From the NCBI GenBank assembly GCA_021613535.1, contig CP075497.1, positions 6,820,001 to 6,884,000 on the forward strand: 64,000 nucleotides of DNA, written 5' to 3'. The position numbers were made by a program, and so were the translations under genes. The DNA comes from Adineta vaga (Eukaryota; Animalia; Rotifera). The notes under the pieces were generated by a model. It ran no database searches and had not been told where the DNA came from. It saw nothing but the letters and a program-made list of their open reading frames with translations. Positions 1 through 14,162 of the stretch are shown piece after piece; the first letter of the stretch is position 1, and each line of letters starts with the position of its first letter.

Positions 1-1140
1 GTGGTATGAATTACAATGTGAAGAGTTGTGTATCATGTAAAGCATTCTTTCGACGAAATGCATTACGATCATCAGTATGTTCATTTCTACATTTTATAAT
101 ATTATATGAATGATTTTAATCGTTTAGAATGATTTGCATTGTAAATTAAAATATCACTGTGAGATAACAGTTGATACAAGAATAAAATGTCCAGCTTGCC
201 GTTTAAAAAAATGTTTTGATTTTGGAATGAAAAAAGAATTAATTCAATGCATTTCCAAAGCTCATTCTGACAGGAAAAATACTCAACAATCAACCGTGAG
301 AAAAACACAAGAAATGCATTTACCAGTGGTGTGTTCACTGTATAGTCTTTCTCAAATAATTTTATTCGTGTTTTATTTTAGCTTCAACCACTAAGCCTTC
401 TACGAAAAGATCATTCAACACTGACATCGAAACAATGGAATCTTCTTTCCAATGTAATCAATATTTATGATAAACAGAATATAATAAGTGATATACACTT
501 CATACTTAAAGAAGATTCTTTTTTACCAGTAAAATTACGTGCAAAACCAACAACTGCATTGAATTACATCAATAAGTGTATTTCAAGTGTTCAAATGATA
601 CTCAAACAATCACCTTATTTTCATTATCTAACATTCCACTCTCGTCAATCTCTTATATACAATAACATATATCTAACAAGTTGTTTAAATGCTGTGTTTG
701 TTAGTCGTGAAGTCGATCTTTGGAATAATACAGATTTTGGATTATCTTACAATACATTACTTGGAGCGGATTATTTCACACAATTTGCTTCAGTACCAAA
801 ACGATTAGATAATAATAGTGTACTTCAAAAAATGATGTTATTTATCATGGCATTTTCAAGTAATTATTCCATTGTTACGTTCGATAACAATGAAAATTTT
901 CATAATAAATCAAATTTGATTGATCTTAATCATGTACAAGATATCTTTGTAAATTTATTATGGAAATATTTAATTTATCAGTATGGATATATGGAAGCTG
1001 TACATCGATATTCATCTTTAATAAAGAGTGTTCTAGATGTTTTGCATGAATTAGAAGAACTGTCAAATAGTGCAATTTATTTACAAATGATGAATATGCT
1101 TATAAAACAAACAGAACAATTATTAATTTTTGATGAGTAG
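1..1140 (+). CDS. Nuclear hormone receptor, NR1J/HR96-like (5'-partial, 3 exons visible)
   Basis: Exon to 74 reads GMNYNVKSCVSCKAFFRRNA (P-box). After intron 75-127 comes the second zinc finger CKLKYHCEITVDTRIKCPACRLKKCF. A further intron ends at 381, then an LBD-like exon runs to TAG at 1140 with an LLWKYL motif shared with the paralog at 10654-11879. Confidence 0.88.
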
Positions 1141-1407
1141 TAACTAAGAATAAGATTCCCAATATTGGATAAAATACAATTCAATTTATTGTTCATAAGA
1201 TGAACAATTTTCATGCTATTATTTTGTTTCAATGGATGTTGTAACAGTCGATGTCTTTCATTATTCATGATAATCGATATTGATGATAGAATATAGAACA
1301 AGGATGTTCAATATAAATGATTTTTTTTTATATATCGATTACATAAAACAAAACGGAAAACACACGTGACCTGTACGTCGAAACAACAAGAAAAGAAAAC
1401 AAAGATT

Positions 1408-3136
1408 TTATGCTGATATAATAATATCTCCATTTTGTAGACATGTTACTTTAGGTAATGGTGATCGTTTTTTTGTTAATTGTTCGTTTGTTGTTAATGA
1501 AGCATGATCAATAAATGGATTAATACGTGTTAATGATGGTGACCGAATTTGTAATGGTATTCGTCGTTTATCTTCAAGTGTTTGATGTTGAGGATGAAAT
1601 CGAGGGGATAAATTTGATTCAGGTACGAGACCACGGACAAAAGTTGATTTGGTTAAAATATTTTCATAACTAACAGATGCAACTGATGGAATCATTTGTT
1701 CTTTTGATTGTTGTTGTTTTACTTGCCGATGATGATAATTATTATTATTTGTTGATGAATCACTTGAAAGAGCTGTTGATGTTGATTGAGCATATGAAGA
1801 TGAAGAAACTTTATCTTCAGCTGGTGTTGTTGATGCATGAATGCGATTTGACCGAATAAGTATAATAATAATAAGTATAATAAGAATAAAAAATAGGATA
1901 ATTGCTATTGTTATAAAAATTAAAGTACGAATGAATACTGTTGTTTGAGTTAAAGAATTAACTTGTTTACGTGTTGATGATAAAAGATTTTGAAATGATG
2001 TTGTTATTGTCGAGGAAAATATTACTTCTTCTTCTTCTTCTTCACCTTCATAAACTTGTCGTGAAATTGTTAATGGACGACATCGTTCACCATCACAATA
2101 AGTACCTAGAATTCATTAAAATCTTCCTCTTTTTGTTCTCAAATCAAATCTATTCTGTTTTATACCTGTTGGACATTTTCGTATATTCGATTCAATTAAA
2201 TGATCATCATCAAATTGACATTGTCCTGTTGGTTCTAATTCACAATCAAATACACCATTGATTTTTCTTACTTTTCGTGTTAATTTTGGACACAAACAAT
2301 ACGATGTTTCGCTTTCATCACACCATTTTAAACAACGTCGAGGAAATTTTGTACAATTACTTTGATCAATGGAATCCGTACATATACGTCCAACGCCAGC
2401 AATATCTATTGTTGAAATATTTTCATCGTAACATTGACATGTTTGAGTTAATTTATCGCAACGAACAAGATCTTTAACTGAAAAAGATTTTTGACAATCT
2501 TCATCGTATTGACATTTTGTATTAATTGGTTTTTCATAATTGATTTTAACATTAAAGGTTTCATTCGATGCAGTTAAATAGACTATTTCCTGACCACAAT
2601 CGTATGCTTTACATGAACGAAGAGAAATTTCGCCTAAAATCAATACATTTTCATCGTAAAGAAAAGAAAATGTTTCTTTTTTCATAGAAAAGAAAACTAT
2701 ACGAACCTGGTTGAAGAAAAAGAACGGATTGTAAACCAAGATCAGTGATATTCAGAACACTCGATTGTGTAGTCATATATTCTGCTGTTGATATTATTCG
2801 ATTGGTATTTTTATTCTGTCTCATTGTATATTGACATTCTGTAAATGTCAAATTAACTGGTTGATGTGCACACTTAATTAATAAAGGTACCAATAACATC
2901 CAACGATTGCCCAAATTATAAATAAGTGTATTACTAAGATTACTGTTTTGACCTAAGGAATAATAACCAATAAAATTGATGGAATTTGAATTGAGAATAT
3001 TGGCACCAAGTGATATATAAAGATTTGAATCAAACACACATTCAGATAAAACAACTGATGTACGAATATATGGGCATGAAGCCCAAATTTGACTTATAAC
3101 AATGAGAAGACAAATAAGGAACAATCGAATAAACAT
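1408..3136 (-). CDS. Type I single-pass membrane protein with Cys-rich (EB/EGF-like) ectodomain and Ser/Thr-rich cytoplasmic tail
   Basis: Signal peptide MFIRLFLICLLIVISQIWA. GT-AG introns 2706-2634 and 2165-2106 join the ORFs in frame. Cys-rich region (CQYDEDC...CDKLTQTCQC...CPTGTYCDGERC), TM segment IFITIAIILFFILIILIIIILI at ~1920-1855, then open to the stop at 1408. Confidence 0.75.
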
Positions 3137-5169
3137 GGCATGGCGTATGTATTATTTACATGATAATCTAAAAGAATGAAAATGAACAACAAAAATAGTC
3201 ATAAAAAAATCGCTCAATATTCATTTTATTTAATAGATCTCACAGTTGGTGATTATTGTCAATTGTTTTGACACAGAAGTCGATGACTTACTGCCATTTA
3301 TTCATATACATATCTCGGATATTTCAATATAGAACAATGTGATTAGAACAGAATGGGCGTCACCCAGTCATAGAATAATCTCCTCCTCTCATCATCATCA
3401 TTATTCTATTGCAATTAACGATCTATCGACGTACCGAATGTTTCTCATCATCATCATCATAAGCACACTTCATGCGAATGATGTCGTTTGATTCTCATTT
3501 GTTTTCCCTTTCCTACAGTTTCTTTTATTGTCGAGACAGACTAACTATTTATTTTATTCAATATTATACTCAGTTGACTTACATTCACTATTATTCTTTT
3601 TCAAATCGATCTAATCAAACTAATCTAATATTTTCTTAAGAAATAATAGATCTTTTTTTTTAAGTATAACAAATAAAATTTAAAGATAAATACTTGCAAT
3701 CTTCACTGAAGATAATAAGAATAAGTATAAATAGGTATTGAATTGTTGAATATCATATATTCATAAGTGAATTTGTTTGACAATGAATGACTTGTCAAGT
3801 CGAATTAAATCGTTGGTGTATCAAAGAAATACAGTTCGAAACGAATGATCAACATGGTGATGTTATTTGTACACACTAAGCAAATGAATGGTTCATTCAC
3901 TCGTGAGTGCTAATAGGTCCCTGTCTGTGCAACTCGCAATATGGTAGTAGTATAGTGATGATTGTGGATAATCGTCTTAAATTTCCGCGTTGCTCTTATT
4001 CTTTCTTTTCCCGAACATTTACATCATACATACAGACATATATAAAAGCTAGAAAGATAGTCTTCCTTTCTTTCTTTCTTTCCTGTTCTCTCTCTCTCTC
4101 CTTCTCTCTAGTGTTCAACCGTTGTTTGTACAAATCACATGAAAGATAATCACTTTGTGATACATACACACGCACACCCTATACCGAGAGTTACGTTTTG
4201 TTTCTTTCTCTCTCTCTCTCGCTTGATTCTCTAGTGTACCCTAGTAAATGATGCTAATTACTGAATCTATCCGTTTTCCTGTTTAGAGATGACACATTCT
4301 CGTGAGGAAATATTTTACCTGTTATGATAATTGAATACTTAAACATCTGTTCATGATGCTGCTGGCAATAATAAAACTCAAATGAACAATGCCATTTTTT
4401 TCGGAAAAGATTATTATGATTGACAGTTACAATATTATATGACGACATAATTCATTTGATAAATATAGGGTATTGTTGGTGTTTTGCTAATGTCGGCACA
4501 TCACATCATACACTTTTCTCCTATAAATGTATCGCCTCAAGCCACCTAACTGTGATGGTATTGATTATATAACGAAAGAACAACAGTATGTATACTGTAT
4601 AATATATGTGAACGATCACTTCTAACATGATTGATTTTCTTTCTCTCTTGCGCTGTAGAAACATAGCTAAATAAATATTCCATCGACTCACGTACGCTTT
4701 TGAAGATGAACAAGACAGTATTTATGATTTATGTGTCTATAGATGATGATCATTTTTTGTTTTTCTTTCAAGTGATATTCATATTCAAGAATCGAATCGT
4801 ATTCGATGTCAAAGAAAATCATCATTAAATGAGACTCATGGTCAGTTTGATTTGTTGTTGTTTATATGATATTCTAAGTATCCATGTATGCCGATCAGAT
4901 TCATTGATCTATGTATATTTTCAGATGCGAGTCAAATAAACGTTAGATCATCTACAGTAATCTAATCTAATATCTCTCATTGAGTTTTCTTCTCGTATTT
5001 CATTCCCTGAACTGTAGTCAAATGAAATAATTGATTAATATTCTTCTTCCTCTTTTTCTTCGAGATAATATCAATTAGATATTTCATACGACATTTATAT
5101 TACAGAATGTTGAAAGAACTGTTATTGATAAGAGAAAATATGCAGAATTTTCTATTTTGATTATTTTAT

Positions 5170-6337
5170 TTATTCATCATTAATATTTGTTCCAATAATT
5201 AGTGCACGCTGATAAGCATCGAGTTTTTCTAAAGATACTCGGGGCAAACTCATACCAGAACCTATATGAACAAAGAACCGAAATATTTATGTCTAAATGT
5301 TCTTTTACTTGTTCAAAATTCTTACTAGCTTCGACTAAATCAGTACTCCAATGCGTTAATGTACAGTTATTTTGTACCATTAACTTTCTTTGCTTTTGAA
5401 ACTGACCTAATGTATAATCACGTATGAATACTGCTGGACTCATACTAACATAGGCAACAATTCGTAATAGATCAATAGGTTGATCACTCGATTGTTCTTG
5501 ATCAACAAATGCAGCTGAATTGCAATGTACAAGACGACTATCCCATACTACAAGATCACCAGCTTGACATTGAATGAATTTTCCTGTTGCACGACCACCA
5601 TCAAGAATGGAATGATCACTAGGGATACGTACAAAATCTTTTGAACGGCGAACAACATCAGTTAGTTCATTAAAACGTAAATGTGTGTACGGAAAGACAA
5701 TTAGACCACCTGTAGTCTCATCATGATTCGTCAACGCAACAAAACCTTGAATACAACATCGATCAGGTTTAGAAATTGGATTTTGATCAACATGATACCA
5801 TCCTGTTGTTGTTTTCCATGTTGGTTCAATATGCCAATTACGATAAACACCACAGCCATCAAATGAAACAAATAATTCATCTGTATCCCATATTTGAGAA
5901 TATACACGTTTGATATTTCGATTTGAACGAATATTCCACATAAAATCTGATTGACCAATACCGCAATCATTGATTATACCAAACGTACCATTACCCGGCC
6001 TAAAGATATGTAAATCAAAATACCAAAAAACAATCAACTGTATTTTGACCTTGATTTCTTACCAATTATTTGACCATGTTGTTGAATCATTACGTCGAAT
6101 ATGACGTCCAGGAATATTCTCTAAGAAATTCCATAACAATTCTTTATTGATATCAATTTCATTTTGTAACATAATATCACTGAAAATTGCGTAACCATGT
6201 TCATTTAAATGAGTAATACCCTCATTAAGACTGTTGGTATTTGTTATTGAAAAACGTGGTGTTAGTGTTGTATAATCAATACGTATATGATTTTTATCCA
6301 AACTGTAGTTTTCTATACTGTTCATCTCATTCATCAT
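5170..6337 (-). CDS. Phytanoyl-CoA dioxygenase (PhyH)-like Fe(II)/2-oxoglutarate dioxygenase
   Basis: HLNEHGYAI near the N-terminus, HxD motif WYHVDQ, IQGFVAL, GGLIVFP and GDLVVWDSRLVHCN (distal His). Introns 6062-6000 and 5325-5262. Spliced C-terminus ends ...YQRALIIGTNINDE*. Confidence 0.85.
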
Positions 6338-7161
6338 TTTTGAATAGTGAAAATATTTCGTAAGTACCGCTAACAGGAGTCCAATTATTGAAGGGAAACT
6401 GTGGAAATCAGTGTAGAGACATACAAAAATGCGTCATGGCGAATCGGTTTAGCAGTATTGAAAACTAGTCGTAAATTGAAAATAGATGTCTAAACTGAAG
6501 AGTCTTCTTATCAATTCTAGTAATTATATTGTTATCCTACAATTATCACCTATAAGAGTTTTACTCTTAATCCACTTCTCTAACTCGTGAATTTTGTCAA
6601 ATGAATTTGTATCGAGTATTATTGCACAGTCAGTTACGTCTTGATTCACATTGATACGTGCAAAGGTCACATTTGCAACGGTATAGATTGCGTATTCTAC
6701 GTGTTATTAAATGAAAGAAAATCTATGACAAACACATTTGAGTGGTCCTATAAGACAAGTCCATCTGTTTTATAGAGAACTTCTAGCAATAAATTCAAGA
6801 CATATTTCTATAAAAGCATGTTCATTTTTAAACATGCTCACAAGTGCGATCTGAGACAAAAAATGCAGAATACATGTACTTATTTATCTCATCGAAAACA
6901 ATCCGAAGGACAAGGTTTTGATAGTTTTTTTTAAACGTTTTTTATTCAACAAAACAAATAACGTATAACAATGAAAAAACAAACTTTTTTCTTCTTCTTT
7001 CTTAAGTTCCTGCTTTATTGCTAAACTTTCTCGAAAGAAGGAAAACGTGAGACAAAAAAAACATCACGAAAACAAAACGAAAGAAGAAAAACAAACTTAA
7101 AACCAAAACGATATTTAAAAACCTAACATACTCAAAAGTTTTTTTTTCATCTAATGTTTAT

Positions 7162-9173
7162 TTATTGCCATGTTTCACTGTATTGAGCTCTATTAATACC
7201 TTTTTCATCAAGTAGAACAATTTTCACATTTTCACCTTGACCTGTACTAGCCCATGCTGGAATAGCAGAAGCTACAAGACGACCATGTGATAGAACACTA
7301 TTTCCAGAATTTTCAACTTTATTCGAATAGACTCGAACACGTGTTCGTGCTTTAAGTACATATGTATCAGGAAATTGAAAGGTAAATTCTTCTCCATCAT
7401 TAACATTACGAACAAGTGTCCATCCTTTAAGCGGTTGATCAACACAGTTTGTTGCTGCGTTATTTATCGAAATAAAACCTGCTTGAACTTGATCAATATC
7501 AAATTTACCTAAAATAATATTACAGATTAAGATTGAACCTTCTGAAAAAGTATTCAGCTTCTTTGTTCGTTTTATCTCACCAGTTTTTGATATAGCACGT
7601 TGTGATTCGGTTTTTTTCACGGTTATAATCGATTTTGGCTCTTCGATTATAGTCTTTTCTTCTTTGCCATTCACGAGCGGAGTAGTATTACTATCATTGT
7701 TATTTTTATTGGTGATGTTGGTGGTAATAGTGTTAATATTAATATTAGGAATGGTAATTTTTGTTGCTTCTAAATCTAATAATCGTCTGTATGTTTCTAA
7801 TTCGAAATGTACAGAAAACCAATATTGTTTTCCAACTTCAATGTCTTCTGTTACTTGATTGATTTCATTTAATAATCGACTATATTCATTATCAAGACGA
7901 ATACGTTCTTCATCGATTTGATTCTTTTCTTTTTGTTTTGATATGTAAAGATCAATCAATGGACGGTATTCATTTTCAATTTCTTCACGTGCTTTTTCCG
8001 CTTGTTTTAATTCGTCATGTATTGTTTCAATTGAAATACGAGATGTTGTTGATGTTTCTTGAGGTTTATTAGCTTGATATGTTGAAATTTGTGTTTTAAC
8101 TTGTTCAATACGTTCAGTATAAGCATTTTCAAGAATAACTTTATTATTTTTTAATAAAACTTGAAAATCACTTTTGATATCATCAATTGCATTATCCAAT
8201 TCATTTGTATAGAATTGTTGTTGTTTGATTTGTTCATTAGCTATAAAATCAAGAAAAAAAAAGTCATGATCATAATAACAAATACAGAACTTTAAAGTCA
8301 ATTTCATTTGATCGTTTTTTTGTCTTACCAAGATCGTTTTTTTCTGTTTCATAAACTGCTTTTGTTAATAAGATTTGTTCTTCAATTGTTCGAAGGTTAC
8401 ATTCCAATCGGATATTATTCAAAACAAGATCATGTAATTCATCGTCAAGTTTCTTATGTAAATCATCCATTTGATTCATTTCAATCTTATTTGTTTGAGC
8501 AATTTTTTCTAAATCTTCAAAACGACGACTTAGATCTTTTAATTGCATCAACGTTTGTTTATATTCATTTTCTAATGCTTGACGACGATTATTATAAGAT
8601 TGATCTTCTTCTGTACGGATTTTATCTTTAAGTAAAGCTAATTCTTTCAATGCACGATTACGTTTACGAATAAAATGTTCGGTTAAAACAGCTGATTCAT
8701 CGATATCATTGCGTAGTTCACTCATTTCTGTTTCAAGATCATTATTATCGCGTTTATCCACACTTTCTAAAATTGAAAATGATCAAAAACGTTAGTATTC
8801 GTTTGAAAAACAACATTTTCTTACTTTTTTTCTGTTTTTCTGCATCAACTTTCTTTTGTAAATCATCATTTTTTTTACTTTTTTGTTGTAAAGAATTAAC
8901 ATAATTCGAAAATCGATTATTTAATTCATCCAATTCACTTTTTTGATCACGAATAAGCGATAAATGATCTACACTATTGAGTGAATCATTATTTAAATTG
9001 GTCTTTTTTGTTGTTGTTGTCGTATAATGATTCGTTGTTACAGTATGATAAGAATTTTCAAGTGGTACATTGGAATTTGATGTTGTATTGGTACTATTAG
9101 CAAGAGGTGTTGTCTGCGATTTAAGATTGTTCAAAAGTTGTTGTTGTTGATGTTTTTCTTTCTTTGAAGGCAT
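7162..9173 (-). CDS. Cytoplasmic intermediate filament protein with lamin-tail (LTD) domain
   Basis: Coil 1A ELDELNNRFSNYV, rod-end consensus ELETYRRLLDLE, LTD motifs (LKGWTLVR, FTFQFPDTYVLKARTRVRVYS, VLLDEKG). Ends YSETWQ with no CaaX, so it is not a nuclear lamin. Confidence 0.88.
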
Positions 9174-10653
9174 TTTAAACTCGAATGTTATCTGGTATAT
9201 GTAAGTATTTGCGAATATATGAAAAACTGTTTCTTCTTTTTCTTTTCGACTTTAAATATATACATACATATATATATATATATATATGTGGGCACATGTT
9301 GAATGTTCGATCGAGGGTTCAGAAAGCTTTGCTTTATTTGCACGATCATATGATATAGAATGGAGAGAAAATCAGCTGGATAAGGGAGACTATTGTTTAT
9401 TACAAAAGAATCAAAAGATGTCTATGGATGTAAGTTCGTATTAGTTTCGAGTGCATCTCTTTTTTATAATCATAAAGACTATCTATCATAGGCCGATTTG
9501 AACCATCGATGATTATTTTGAAAAGTATTCAGTGCATATGATAAAAAGAATGATGTTAAGTTCATCTTTTGTTTATTTGAAATCGAGAAGAAAATCTTTT
9601 GTTATTGTAAAGTTTATTTTATTGATATCAAAATCTATGAGATTTATATGAATTTGTGTTTTTTTGATGAGCGCGCATAATCTCGAGCAGCTACTGCCAA
9701 TAGATACACTTTTTTCCGGATATTTATTTGTCCAAAGCAACGAAGTAGGTCGGAGTTAGAATTGTGCTAATAATTTATCGTTAGCTCCATCATAGAATAT
9801 ATTTGTCAATGTACCATATATTTATTTCATTGATATACGATGGTCATCTCATTCAATATTAAACAAATTATTCGTTAGTTCAAAACTTTGTTCTATACTT
9901 TCACTTATCAATTGATTAGATAGTGCATGTCAGATAGAAAATTTTCCTTCATTGGTGTGGAGATTGAGTCTTGCGCGTAGTTTACCGAATGTTCTTCGGC
10001 TAAATCGTTAACAGAGAAAAGAAATCTCAACGAACAACGTATTGTTGGATGAGAGATTGTGTATCAATACTCCAAGGAAATGTATTTATTAAAAATAAAT
10101 ACGATTGAATGATCATTGAATGTACACTCTCAAGTAAAAGAAACAAACAATGATATTTACATACGTGTGACGGCATGAAAAAAAGATTTATTTTACATAA
10201 ACGATGATTCATGAATACTTTCAGACATTTTCCGTAATATCTGACGAACTGATCTAATGTCATGATGTTATTTTCAAATGATTATACTTACGATGTTCTA
10301 GAAAGTATTGGATCTTTTGAAAATTTGAAATGTAGATATGAGATCTGTTTTCTAGAGTTATGACATGTAAACATCAAGAAAGTATCCAGATATAGATCTG
10401 AAAAATCTGCTATTCAGCATATGTATAATAAACAGATCGAACGACAAATAATCTTAGTAATTCTACTTTTTTATACAACAAATCAGGAAGACAATCAATA
10501 TTCTAATTACAACAAACATATTAGAATCGATAATTGGAACAACATGTTTATTATCTTACAAAGGATTTCTTTTTTGATTATTTACATTTTTTTAAAGAAA
10601 TAGTAAAAAATAGAAATAACGATTGAAATTCTTGATTTCTTTGAGAAAATAAT

Positions 10654-11879
10654 TTAATCATCTTTAGTCAATGAATGTGTCGTTTTGTCAATAAGTACAT
10701 TAATCATATCATCGTGTTCTCTACTACTGTTGTCATTCATTCGAAGAAGAAGTTCTAAATAAAATTTTACTAGATGATCTAAACGTCGTACAGCTCCTAA
10801 AAATCCATATTGATAAATCAGATATTTCCATAAAATAACAATAAACATATCTTGAATACGCATAAGTATAATTGAACTTGCTGTCGATGTCTCTGCTGAA
10901 GTTGTTATCTTATCCAATGAGACCAATGAACAATTAGTCGAAAATGCTAAAATTAGCATCATTATTTTAATAAGTGTTCCATTTTGATCCAATCGTGCTA
11001 AAAGATGTCGATTTTCTTTGACATATTCTTCCCCATAAATTTCATAACAATTTTGAAGATGTGTTGGATTGTCGAATATTTTTGTTTCTAAAGCAGCAAA
11101 CATAGAATTAAGTGCACCTACTCCATTTAAATTATTTTGAACAATAACGCGACGAACATCCGATGATAAATTATTAAAGCAAGGTGAACGTTGAAGAAGT
11201 GGTTCTATAGCAGTATAAAATGACACGACTAGATCCAATGTTATTGCTTTTTTCGAACGAATTTTTAGTGGTAATGATGCATGTTCACGAAGTAAACATT
11301 GAGTTCGTATGATAAGATTTTGTTCGTCATATATATGAATAACATTCGATAGTGTATTCCATTCATCAAATGTTAATGTTGAACGATCTTTATTTAAAAG
11401 ACTAATTGTTGTAGGCTATAGAAAATGAATTTTTGAATGTTTTTCAATTAAATCAATAGAAAAAGAAAAGAAACCTGAGGTAGAATTGATATTTGTTCTT
11501 CTTCATTTGATGATTCTCTTTGTTGGCGTTGTCCAGAACTTGTTAGTATTTTAGCTGAAACACGAATTAATTTTGGATTCATACCAAGAGAAAGACATTT
11601 CTTTAAACGACATGCAGAACATGCACCACGAGTTTGTTGTGTTATAATACAATCATTATTGAGAAGACATTGAAATTCTTTCTAAGACAATAAAATCAAT
11701 TATTTTTGCTTTTTTTAAATAAAACTTACTGCATTTTGAGCGGCATGTCTTCGGAAAAAAGCTTTACAAGACATACATGTAATGACCTCAAAGTTCATTC
11801 CACGGGCGATATCACCGCATACTAAACAAATAAGAGTTGGATGTGATGTTCGTTTTAATGAGATCTTCTTCGATTTCAT
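10654..11879 (-). CDS. Nuclear hormone receptor, NR1J/HR96-like
   Basis: Minus strand reads CLVCGDIARGMNFEVITCMSCKAFFRRHA, intron, CLLNNDCIITQQTRGACSACRLKKC, intron, then the LBD exon ending at 10654. An upstream exon is possible (acceptor near 11893). Confidence 0.88.
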
Positions 11880-14162
11880 CCTTGGATATAATCTGAAGAG
11901 AAATAATAAAAAACAATTTCATTTGACTTGAGAGCATGAACCTGATATTAATTATTTTTCTCTGGCTTACTTCTTTTATTCAACAAGGGTGTGCTAGTTT
12001 TTCGTTTCTTTTCTTTATTTCGATTTGTACTTTGACTTATCTATCGTAACGTTCTAAATATATTGTGAATGAATTATATGTAAAAAGACCTCTTTCTTTC
12101 GTTCTGTTGAACTATAATACTTATCGTATATGTTTACTGTATAGTCTCTCGTCTTATTTTCCTCTTCCCCACAAATAATATGAATATTATATTTATAATT
12201 CGTTTTCTTATGATTGTTCATAAAATCGATATTCAATAAAAATCAACTATAGCTTCACCGCATCGTACAATCTTGTCAAATTTCTAGTACTTCATGTAGT
12301 AGGAATATATACTAGATATATTGATTCGATTTCTCATGCGATATCTATGTATATAAAGAACTATCTTGTTTTTATTATGATAAGAAAAAAATATGAAAAT
12401 TCTCAGTCTTGTCTATCGGTTGTATAAATTTAATACAAGCATTGCTGTTACCTGTAGTTTTGATCATGACATTGTCGTTCTATTGAGATGTTCTCATTCA
12501 AACAATATTCTGCGTCAATTATTTTTATTTTCAACTTTCTTTCAGGTACAAATTTGATGAATGCTTACCTGAAATTTCTATTAGAAACTACTGTTTTTAT
12601 TATTCATTGTTCTATTTACGAATATAAAAACACATCGAATTCGTATTATTTATTGTCACATTATGTTTTGATCAATTAATTCGTGCACAAGTTTAACCAA
12701 TCAAATATAGAAACTTATTCCAAAACACATAAGTCAGTATTATAAAAAGCCGTCACATTCATTTTGTACATCAACAACCTTTATTTTTCTTTTGTTAACA
12801 CAACCAAAAGCAATTTCAGTTAATGGTAAAATACTCATTAAAGATTCTGTGAGTAAAAGTTACTATGACCTATCATAATCGTCATGTATTTTTTATTATT
12901 AACATGTATCTAATTCTAATGTGTTTACTCCATCGTGCAATACTTTGATTCGAACAATATCAGTTTTCTTTTTGATTATATTGAATACATATCTTAAAAG
13001 ATGAATGGATATTGTTTGGTTGAATTGTTTCTTCTAATTTCAAGGTCTTTTCAATTACAATGAAATGACGTCGTTTTAAAGAGCAAATAGAAAAAAATAT
13101 TGACGTAAGCAAAATGAATATTTCGATATGGTAAAATACGATCGACGCTAGTTGATAAGGAAAATTATATTTTATTTGAAGGAAAGCTTGAGATTTCTGA
13201 TAAATTAAATCTTTAACTATAAATATAGTATTGTTTCATCTCAATTACTTCATACTAAGTGTTATTTTTATTAAAGTGCAATGTAATAAAACTTTTAATT
13301 TAAACTCAATAGGTATATGACTCATTATGAGAAAACAAACTATAGATGTAGGATTGAATATCTAGAATGATTCGATCGGTAACATATTTCTTGTTGATGG
13401 AAGATTAATGGATCCAATTAAAAACGACATTTCTAGATTAAAAGATTTTTAGTCGTTTATCAGATGTTCATCGGCAATTCAATAAGGAGTTGAAAATAAA
13501 ATAAAATAATCTATTGAACTATGTACCGAAACAAAATACGAATATTTATTCTCTGTACATAAATAATTCGAACAAAACTATTGTATACTCTTTCTCGATA
13601 CTATGCTTGATTAATTGATGTTTTCTCATTCATTTCATATGACACATGAAACACATCAACTGACGATGCCGCTGGTAACAATCAATCGATGTAAATAAAC
13701 ATATATTTCTCTTTGAATCACAAGTATTTGTAATATCGATGTATCAATAAAAACTAATCGTTGATTTATTCGATTATTTATTTTCATCAACATCTACTAA
13801 ATTTTATTTCATATCAAACTACATTCTCTCTTTCCACAAAGACAACACGGTGAAGATTAAAATGATGAAAAGAAAAAGGAGGAAAAATAAAGTGTAAGGT
13901 TAATACTCATTCAAGCAACATTCTTTCAAGACGAATAAAACAAAATTTGTTAAAACTGTTGCACAAAAGATTGAAAAAAGCAGGGAAAAAGGTCACTAAA
14001 AGAAGAAGAAGAAGAAAGAAGAAGAACGCATGAGTACATCAAGCATACTAAGACAACAACACTGTTCATTATTCGACTACATTGATTTCTTTTTTTTTTT
14101 CTAATTATATTTGACACACGGAAGAATTAATTTAAATTTCTCCAACACTATGTGATGCACGT

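Noticed and set aside
7162-9173. Nuclear lamin
   Set aside because: No CaaX box and no clear NLS between rod and LTD. It fits a cytoplasmic intermediate filament.
12000-14100. Long ORF-poor stretches (also 16400-17600 and 46900-49750) as decayed genes or transposons
   Set aside because: No terminal repeats, transposase/RT motifs or collinear protein motifs that I could support by eye.
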